A stretch of 64,000 bases of DNA. It comes from a virus. The notes beneath the pieces were generated by a model. The model saw only the letters and a list, made by a program, of their open reading frames with translations. It made no database searches and was not told the DNA's origin. Shown in pieces: positions 57,655 to 64,000 of this stretch; position 1 is the stretch's first letter, and every line of letters starts with the position of its first letter. Position numbers and translations under genes: made by a program. The stretch spans positions 20,022-84,021 of the IMG/VR virus record IMGVR_UViG_3300042987_003796; one strand, written 5' to 3'.

Positions 57655-57856
57655 AGAACTAATCGATGTTTTGCAAAAATTAGCCCCAGATACACTTATA
57701 ATTGTTGACGGTTATGAGGGGGATTATAATGTACCGATGGGCGCCGAGCAGATATATGTAACTGGTCCCAATAAAACAGAATGGTATTACGGAGATTATA
57801 AAAAATGCTCAGAAAGTGATCCAAACGCAACCAAAGCATTACATTTAATAAGGTAA
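57644..57856 (+). CDS. Hypothetical protein
   Basis: MKAKELI..L, VDGYEG pattern of small phage proteins. Confidence 0.5.
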   Translation: MKAKELIDVLQKLAPDTLIIVDGYEGDYNVPMGAEQIYVTGPNKTEWYYGDYKKCSESDPNATKALHLIR

Positions 57857-57862
57857 TCATTT

Positions 57863-58246
57863 ATGATAAAAACATTGTACTTATTTATATTAATTTTTTC
57901 AGTAACCTCATGTACTATAACTCCAAAAAATCCAGAAAAATGGATGGAAATGGAAAAAAACGCATGTCTGCCGACAGCAATTGCTTTTAAAGAAGGATTA
58001 GAAAAATATAACATATGGTCTGAGGTTGTGGCTTATCGCTGGGTAGATAAAAAAACAAATAAAATCAAAGGTCATGCTATCACAGCTTATATGTACCCAA
58101 AAGGTAAAAACCAACTTTGGACTTATGATTTTTGGGGAAGCTACAGAGTTAGAGCTTATAAAGATGATCCTCTTCAAATAGCAAGAGAAGCAGTAAAGGT
58201 TAGAAATGAAGAAAGAGATGTTTATTTTGCTCATTTTATTAGATAA
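57863..58246 (+). CDS. Putative lipoprotein with a Cys-His-Asp (papain/transglutaminase-like) motif set
   Basis: Signal peptide with lipobox VTSC; NACLPTA, GHA, WTYD. Confidence 0.5.
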   Translation: MIKTLYLFILIFSVTSCTITPKNPEKWMEMEKNACLPTAIAFKEGLEKYNIWSEVVAYRWVDKKTNKIKGHAITAYMYPKGKNQLWTYDFWGSYRVRAYKDDPLQIAREAVKVRNEERDVYFAHFIR

Positions 58247-58287
58247 AAATTGTTTTACTTTTATTAAAAATAAAATAACATAAAAAA

Positions 58288-58884
58288 ATGAAAAAAGAAC
58301 TAGAACTTGAATTGGTAAAAAAATATCCCTCCCTTCTAAGGGATTTTGGTGGAAACCCTATGCAAACCTGCATGGCTTGGGGGTTTGAACATGCTGATGG
58401 TTGGTATAAAATACTAGATCATCTTTTTAGTTATTTGTATTCTCTTATGAATACTGATCTTGTAATCAGCTATAAAAAGGATTATAGGGATGCGCATAAA
58501 GGCAATAAAGACTATTATGAAAAATATTATTCTTATCGCATTAAACCCCCACAAATCACTATTAGTCAAGTAAAAGAAAAATACGGAACCTTGACTGTGT
58601 ATTACCACGCTAACTCCGAAGATTTTCAAGATTTATCAGAAGAAGTTAGGGAAATTCTTGATGAGGAAGACTATGATAAAAAGATTAAGAGGTTTTATAA
58701 CAAAGTAGATTTCGCCATAAATTACGCCGAATATCAGTCTTCAATAACTTGTGAAGAAACAGGCAAAGATGGAAGGCTTTATACTAGGGGATGGCATAGA
58801 ACGATGTGTGATGAAATTGCAATTAAAAATGGATACAATCCAGAAGATGCTTCAAAAGAAGGAATAAAATGGGAAGAACTTTAA
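58288..58884 (+). CDS. Conserved-looking phage hypothetical protein
   Basis: DGWYKIL, QVKEKYGTL, TCEETG..GW.RTMC. Confidence 0.55.
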   Translation: MKKELELELVKKYPSLLRDFGGNPMQTCMAWGFEHADGWYKILDHLFSYLYSLMNTDLVISYKKDYRDAHKGNKDYYEKYYSYRIKPPQITISQVKEKYGTLTVYYHANSEDFQDLSEEVREILDEEDYDKKIKRFYNKVDFAINYAEYQSSITCEETGKDGRLYTRGWHRTMCDEIAIKNGYNPEDASKEGIKWEEL

Positions 58885-59198
58885 GCAAAGATTTACAAAC
58901 ACTAGAAGAATGTGCTTTTTATGAAAGCGGTCTAAGCGCGAATGGTTGTTTAGAAAAATTAGATCCTTATGCTAGAGAAGCAATAGAGAGATACGGAAGA
59001 TACCTATTAAAAGAGCGCGAAAAATTAGAATTAGAATATTTTAAAAAGTTAAAAAAATCAGCAAGGAGCCTATACGGAACGGTTTTGCATATTTGCGCGC
59101 TGGCAAAAGAAAATGCAATTATATTAATTGGACCAGAACTTTACAAGGAAGCTGCTAAAAATATAAAAGAATACGAGGAATTAGAATGGAAGAATTAA
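58869..59198 (+). CDS. Hypothetical protein
   Basis: 109-aa coupled ORF. Confidence 0.45.
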   Translation: MGRTLSKDLQTLEECAFYESGLSANGCLEKLDPYAREAIERYGRYLLKEREKLELEYFKKLKKSARSLYGTVLHICALAKENAIILIGPELYKEAAKNIKEYEELEWKN

Positions 59199-59350
59199 AA
59201 AAAATAATTTTAACTTTGTTGCTAATTATATCAATTCTTTTTCTTGCCTTTGTATTTAGACATCATATTGAAAAACAGGCGCCTCTTAAAATAGAGCAGT
59301 TGAACGAAATGGTTGAAAAAGAAATTATCGAAATTTATGGAAGAAACTAA
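59186..59350 (+). CDS. Small membrane protein (54 aa, below the ORF-track cutoff)
   Basis: MEELKKIILTLLLIISILFLAFVF...; fills the gap between neighbouring genes. Confidence 0.45.
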   Translation: MEELKKIILTLLLIISILFLAFVFRHHIEKQAPLKIEQLNEMVEKEIIEIYGRN

Positions 59351-59606
59351 GTATAAATTTATAGAAACAACCGGATGCACTGCGTTTGATTTTACGGTAA
59401 ATGGTAAGTCTTTTTCTGAACTTTCAAAAAAAGAATACGATGAAATGTTAAACTATCTTTTTTTAAAAATCAAAGAAGGAATTTCAGAACAAACAATCTT
59501 ATTAGAAAATATTGTGCAATTATTTCAATACGACGACTACGAATACGACCCTCATATTTGCGAACAGTGCGGAGATACAGTTAGCACAACGACATGGAAT
59601 ATTTAG
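59337..59606 (+). CDS. Hypothetical protein
   Basis: ATG 59337; C-terminal CEQCGD. Confidence 0.5.
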   Translation: MEETKYKFIETTGCTAFDFTVNGKSFSELSKKEYDEMLNYLFLKIKEGISEQTILLENIVQLFQYDDYEYDPHICEQCGDTVSTTTWNI

Positions 59607-59654
59607 TTGTTAATAATAATAGATTTGCACCTATATATCAGTGTATATATATAC

Positions 59655-59858
59655 ATGAGTGGCAGTTTTCCAGTAAAAGATACTCTATTGTATAAATTCT
59701 TCTCAGCCGAGAAAGAAGAAATCATGCGCCACAAATGGATAGAAAGCGAAAAAAATGGCAGCGACATAGGATACGACAAGGCTCTTTTAAATTGGATTAT
59801 AAATCACGAATCTGGATGGAGAAATAATAACAAAGTATTTTTTTCTGGATTATTTTAA
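59655..59858 (+). CDS. Small DUF4032-like protein
   Basis: LYKFFSAEKEEIMRHKWIESEK.G.DIG...AL..W; GTGTA 9 nt before ATG 59655. Confidence 0.6.
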   Translation: MSGSFPVKDTLLYKFFSAEKEEIMRHKWIESEKNGSDIGYDKALLNWIINHESGWRNNNKVFFSGLF

Positions 59859-59900
59859 TTTCTTGACTTAAACAAAAAATTCATAGACAATTTAAAGTCT

Positions 59901-60914
59901 ATGAAACTTGCATCTATAGAGGTCATAAAAAACATCCGCAGCCACCCCAACGCAGACTCGCTTGAAATCGCTGAGGTTTTGGGTTGGCAAGTTGTAGTAA
60001 AAAAAGGACTTTATCAGGATGGAGATAAAGCTATATTTATTACTATTGATACTATCGTTCCTAAATGCCAATGGTCTGAATTCTTAGTCGATCAAAAAAA
60101 TCCAGATAAGCCTATTAGAATTAAAAATATAAAACTTCGTGGAGAATATAGCTCTGGATTAGTTATTCCATTAAGCGAGTTTCCTTTGCAATTTACAGAG
60201 ACTACTGTTGTCGGCGAAGATTTAACTACGCTGCTTGGTATTCAAAAATATATTAAAGAAATTCCAGTGAATCTATCTGGAGAAAACGAAGGAGATTTTC
60301 CGACTCATCTTGCTTCTAAAACAGACGAGGATAACGGCTTAAATGACCCGGATATGGTACAAAAAGTCTTAGAGCAAGATCCTTATATCACAATTACTCA
60401 AAAATTAGACGGCAGCAGCATAACTATCATTATAGAAAACGGAAAAATAAAACAGGTTTGCAGTAGAAACCTAGCTAAAAAAGACACCGAAAATTCAACA
60501 TTTTGGCAATGTGCAAGGCGCCTAAAAATACCAACTGGATGGTCTGGAGTTATTCAAGGCGAAATGTGCGGAAATGGCATTCAGAAAAATCGCCTAAAAC
60601 TTAATGACATAAAAATTTTTGTATTCCAAATTAAAGTGGGCAATTTTTATATGTCTTATGATGTAATGTATAATTTTTGCAAAAACGAACTTGAGTGCGA
60701 TGCTGTTCCATTAATTGCAAAACTAGAAACCTCTGCTACAATAAAAATATGGGAAAATCCTTTACAGAAACTTCAAGAGCTTGCCGATAAGCAAAGATAT
60801 GAAAGCGGAGAAATCGGCGAGGGAATTGTAGTTAGACCCTCTTCATATATTAAATCATACGGCTCTCGGCGACCAATGGGTTTTAAATTAATTAATAGAA
60901 ATTATAAAGATTAA
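59901..60914 (+). CDS. RNA ligase, DRB0094/Rnl2-like family
   Basis: N-terminal LASIE.I..HPNADSLE..V.GWQVVVKKG OB module; KTDE, TQKLDGSS, QGE, EGIVVR, FKLIN. Confidence 0.85.
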   Translation: MKLASIEVIKNIRSHPNADSLEIAEVLGWQVVVKKGLYQDGDKAIFITIDTIVPKCQWSEFLVDQKNPDKPIRIKNIKLRGEYSSGLVIPLSEFPLQFTETTVVGEDLTTLLGIQKYIKEIPVNLSGENEGDFPTHLASKTDEDNGLNDPDMVQKVLEQDPYITITQKLDGSSITIIIENGKIKQVCSRNLAKKDTENSTFWQCARRLKIPTGWSGVIQGEMCGNGIQKNRLKLNDIKIFVFQIKVGNFYMSYDVMYNFCKNELECDAVPLIAKLETSATIKIWENPLQKLQELADKQRYESGEIGEGIVVRPSSYIKSYGSRRPMGFKLINRNYKD

Positions 60915-60947
60915 AATAGCACTTAATATTACTTATTTAAATAAAGT

Positions 60948-61151
60948 ATGCTACAATTTTTCACGCCTATACCTGTAATTACCCCGCTAGGAGGTGGATA
61001 TGCCATATATGTTACAAATGCGGGTACATTTGAAAACGATATTTGGACAGTTGCACTAGAGAGCGGTGGAAGTGTAATGCATTTTCGTTCCGACCAAATA
61101 AAAATATATAAAAATTCAACATTTGATATAACACATGAGAGCGGACTATAA
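60948..61151 (+). CDS. Hypothetical protein
   Basis: 67-aa ORF. Confidence 0.5.
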   Translation: MLQFFTPIPVITPLGGGYAIYVTNAGTFENDIWTVALESGGSVMHFRSDQIKIYKNSTFDITHESGL

Positions 61152-61356
61152 AAATACAAAAAGAGGAGATAAAATAGTCTTTAAGAAAGCTGGAACATGG
61201 CATTACTTTAAAGACAGAATAGAGAATGCAAAGAAACTAGAAGAAGGTAAAACTTATACAGTAACAAATATTATTGTTGCTTCTTCTTCAACTGGCGTTA
61301 CTCTAAAAGAAACTGGCGACCTAGTATACGAACTTTGCTGGTTTGATAAATTATGA
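61135..61356 (+). CDS. Hypothetical protein
   Basis: 73-aa coupled ORF. Confidence 0.45.
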   Translation: MRADYKNTKRGDKIVFKKAGTWHYFKDRIENAKKLEEGKTYTVTNIIVASSSTGVTLKETGDLVYELCWFDKL

Positions 61357-61688
61357 AAGAATATACACCAGATAAATGGGTGGTTGTAAAGATTGAAGGT
61401 AAGAATGCCCCTTTGACTTACAAAGTATTCGGTTGCTGGTATGGTGGTTATCTTGGTTCTAATTCTTGGAAGCTGAATAGTGGAATTAAAGCAGTAACGG
61501 AAGGAAAAGATTCTTGGTTATTTGAAGGTTATTCTGGCTCTGTTTATAAATGTTATAAAGGAATATATGGTATGCATATGTATGGTAATGGTGTTCTAAA
61601 TGACATTATCAACAAATCAGAAGAAGTAGATGTGAAAGTGGAAATCATGCCAGAAGATACAAATTGGCTTGACTTGTCCTACGAATAA
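61353..61688 (+). CDS. Conserved-looking phage hypothetical protein
   Basis: PDKWVVVKI..YKVFG.WYGGYLG..SWKLNSGI..F.GYSGSVY.C. Confidence 0.6.
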   Translation: MKEYTPDKWVVVKIEGKNAPLTYKVFGCWYGGYLGSNSWKLNSGIKAVTEGKDSWLFEGYSGSVYKCYKGIYGMHMYGNGVLNDIINKSEEVDVKVEIMPEDTNWLDLSYE

Positions 61689-61704
61689 TAATAGTATTGA
61701 GGAA

Positions 61705-61836
61705 ATGAGCAGAGAACCTAAAAAACTAAAGGGCGGAAAATACTTGGCAACTAAAGTTGCAAACCATCCAAATTTTTTGAAGCTTGGTGAACGAGGTTTA
61801 AAGAAACTAGTTAAAAAAATTCAGAAAGAGAAATGA
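61705..61836 (+). CDS. Small basic protein (43 aa)
   Basis: ATG just after TTGACT-17-TAGTAT (61669-61697); stop overlaps the next ATG. Confidence 0.4.
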   Translation: MSREPKKLKGGKYLATKVANHPNFLKLGERGLKKLVKKIQKEK

Positions 61837-62066
61837 CAGAAGAAATATGGAGTTATGACACTTACAGATGTGGAAAATGCTATTACGAAGGATGTGAACC
61901 TTGCCCAGATCATCTTCCAAATAACGAAAAAACAGTTACTATGAAACTTACTCATTATGAAGACATTGTTTCAAATTTAGATAAAGCAAGAAGAGAGGCA
62001 GATTTTTACAAAGCACAATACGAATCTCTTAGAGAAGAATTAAAATATGAACAACAGACAACTTAA
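61833..62066 (+). CDS. Hypothetical protein with a Cys cluster
   Basis: CGKC..C..C..H. Confidence 0.45.
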   Translation: MTEEIWSYDTYRCGKCYYEGCEPCPDHLPNNEKTVTMKLTHYEDIVSNLDKARREADFYKAQYESLREELKYEQQTT

Positions 62067-62439
62067 ATTCCGAGTATGGGACACTTTGGCAAAGCAATTT
62101 ATTTACCCCGATAGAGGTTATCAGGGTCACTTCATTCTTACTTTGAATGGAAAATTTCATAATCTCCAGAATGGTTCTGGTGGTGATGAATATGTTGTTC
62201 AGCAATTTACTGGAGAATATGATAAGAACAAAAAAGAGATTTACGAAGGCGATATTATTAGGTCGTATTCAGCGGAATTCATAAATGAAAACTATGAAGG
62301 AGAAGTAGTTTTTGTAGATGCTACTTTTGATGTAAAAATTGATGACAAAACATATGCTGGTTTGTGGAGTGGGGATGATATTGAAGTAATTGGAAATATG
62401 TTTGAAATGTCAGAGCGTTTAAACAATGAGCGAGAATAA
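62047..62439 (+). CDS. YopX family protein
   Basis: LKFRVWD, QQFTG..DKNKKEIYEGDII, IEVIGN.FE. Confidence 0.8.
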   Translation: MNNRQLKFRVWDTLAKQFIYPDRGYQGHFILTLNGKFHNLQNGSGGDEYVVQQFTGEYDKNKKEIYEGDIIRSYSAEFINENYEGEVVFVDATFDVKIDDKTYAGLWSGDDIEVIGNMFEMSERLNNERE

Positions 62440-62683
62440 CTTAGAATACGAAAATATCTGCCTACAGAGAGAAAACCACAAGTTGCAAGAAAAACTTTGG
62501 AGAACCGAACTAAAACATAATGAAAGCCTAAAGGACTTAGAACTTAAAAACGAAGAACTTCGTTATATTATTAAAGCACTAACTAAAGGAAAGCTTCCTT
62601 GTAATCCAGATCATAATGGAGAGTGTTTGGTTTGTGACAATTGGCTGAGTGACTGCCCGTTAATTAAAAATGAAAAAGAATAA
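62426..62683 (+). CDS. Hypothetical coiled-coil/Cys protein
   Basis: 85-aa coupled ORF. Confidence 0.45.
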   Translation: MSENNLEYENICLQRENHKLQEKLWRTELKHNESLKDLELKNEELRYIIKALTKGKLPCNPDHNGECLVCDNWLSDCPLIKNEKE

Positions 62684-62885
62684 ATTTAAATTTGAGGTTA
62701 GTTTTAATCTTAACACAATTGACGATGAAAAGCTTGACAAGCTCAGTATCAAAACTTTCGAGTGCGATCTATTTGACTTTGTATACAACTATGCTGGCGA
62801 GCAAGGATGCTTCTATACATATACCAAAGAATCTGACGGAGAGGTATATCCAACAAATATTAGAGTCAAACGAATAAAAATATGA
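62670..62885 (+). CDS. Hypothetical protein
   Basis: 71-aa coupled ORF. Confidence 0.4.
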   Translation: MKKNKFKFEVSFNLNTIDDEKLDKLSIKTFECDLFDFVYNYAGEQGCFYTYTKESDGEVYPTNIRVKRIKI

Positions 62886-63022
62886 GCATGTTCTGGATAA
62901 TATTTTCGGTTATATTTGGCGTCAGCTTTCTTGCTTTCATATTCTTCTGGATGGTTTTAATCGGCGTATCAAAAGCCGCAGAAGAAGCACACAAAGACGG
63001 CTGGGATAATCCACTTGAGTAA
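62882..63022 (+). CDS. Small membrane protein (46 aa)
   Basis: MSMFWIIFSVIFGVSFLAFIFFWMVLIG...; start overlaps the previous stop. Confidence 0.45.
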   Translation: MSMFWIIFSVIFGVSFLAFIFFWMVLIGVSKAAEEAHKDGWDNPLE

Positions 63023-63164
63023 CGAAATGAAACTTTATATTTGCCCAATTTTATTTTTTATTTTTTTAACAAACGCGTTTTCAAAAAACTTTGAACCATC
63101 TAAGTTAAATTACCGTTTTGGGTATAGATTTTTAATAATGATCATCTTATAAAAAAATAATAAT

Positions 63165-63725
63165 ATGAAGCTTTTAAGAACAGCTACATTAGCAAAAGCA
63201 TGGACGCATATTATTGGTGTTCCTGTTGCTATTGTTACATTTATTGTTGCTGTTTATAGTTCATGGGAAACAATTTCTTCAGCTTCTAAAACATTTCAAC
63301 TATCAAGAGTTTCAGCTTTAAGCGAATCAAGAAAGTTATTTGGAGACTATGAGGGCATTGGAAAGAAAGCTATTAAATTTAATGAAGATATAAAAAACAA
63401 AACAATTCCACCGATATCAGATCTTTTAAAAAAATATAAAACAGGAGAGCAGATGTATCATTCCGATGAATTAAAAGATTTTAGAGCGGTTAAAGATTAT
63501 TTTGACCAAATTGGTGCTTTTGTGAAATTGGGTTATTTGGATTTCGATTTGTTTTTTTGTGTGGTTGCTTTTCCTGATTCTTTCTGGATTATTTCTGAAC
63601 CTTACCGTAATTATATAAGCAAAAATTGGTCGAATGAAAAAAAAGAATTAAAAGATTTTGATAGTAATATGAGCTATCTTTATAGATTGTATAAAGAAAA
63701 AAGAAAAAAAGAAAATTTGAATTGA
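63165..63725 (+). CDS. Membrane-anchored protein, DUF4760-like
   Basis: N-terminal TM helix; DYFDQIGAFVKLGYLD pattern. Confidence 0.5.
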   Translation: MKLLRTATLAKAWTHIIGVPVAIVTFIVAVYSSWETISSASKTFQLSRVSALSESRKLFGDYEGIGKKAIKFNEDIKNKTIPPISDLLKKYKTGEQMYHSDELKDFRAVKDYFDQIGAFVKLGYLDFDLFFCVVAFPDSFWIISEPYRNYISKNWSNEKKELKDFDSNMSYLYRLYKEKRKKENLN

Positions 63726-63729
63726 ATTT

Positions 63730-63999
63730 ATGATTGACGACAAACCAAAACCAGTTTTAAAAGAATTAGAAATTAGTATTTTAGAAACATCTACAAATTT
63801 TGCAAAGCAACAAGTAAACGACTTAGAAAGAAAACTCAAACAAAGCGATATGTTTATTACATACGAAGTTGAGAGATTGCAAAAGGAAATATCAGAATTT
63901 AAGAAGTGTGTTAATAGTTTCAAACGACATTTGGTAGAAGCAATTCTATTGATGGCAGCTTGTATTATAGTTATCTTTATTAAAGTTTTCTTTTTATAA
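63730..63999 (+). CDS. Hypothetical coiled-coil protein with a C-terminal TM helix
   Basis: 89-aa ORF. Confidence 0.45.
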   Translation: MIDDKPKPVLKELEISILETSTNFAKQQVNDLERKLKQSDMFITYEVERLQKEISEFKKCVNSFKRHLVEAILLMAACIIVIFIKVFFL

Positions 64000-64000
64000 A

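Noticed and set aside
1-64000. Stop-codon reassignment as seen in some large phages
   Set aside because: Conserved genes are intact in code 11, and TAA, TAG and TGA all terminate genes at sensible positions

Overview
This is a 64 kb, AT-rich segment of a large tailed dsDNA bacteriophage using the standard genetic code. It has sigma70-type promoters and few Shine-Dalgarno sites, with weak hints of a Verrucomicrobia/PVC host. From 1-19.4 kb is a tail/virion module led by a 3087-aa tape measure protein (TMP). A short minus-strand block follows (GT60-like glycosyltransferase, modular small protein), then a divergent intergenic region at ~22.1 kb. The long plus-strand early/middle region carries a dNMP kinase, sigma factor, SSB-like protein, nrdB-trx-nrdA-dut, and an NDP-sugar/glycosyltransferase cluster with gmd and a C-methyltransferase. 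It also has RecA-like, DnaB, primase and Cas4/RecB-like genes, a three-gene PHP/exonuclease/DnaE polymerase, thyX, a SET protein, a tmRNA, sulfotransferases, phosphatases, two RNA ligases and many small ORFs. The standout observation is in the TMP: nine G(F/Y)(I/V)P(N/S)F(A/G) peptide repeats separate eight globular-looking modules. These include two PD-(D/E)xK nuclease-like domains, a GNAT acetyltransferase and a P-loop kinase, suggesting an effector-cassette array carried by the ejected TMP. Also notable are a tmRNA with a 35-aa tag, an unexplained structured RNA just upstream of it, and a recurring GTGTA candidate late-promoter motif. All family calls come from motif recognition by eye; no searches were run.
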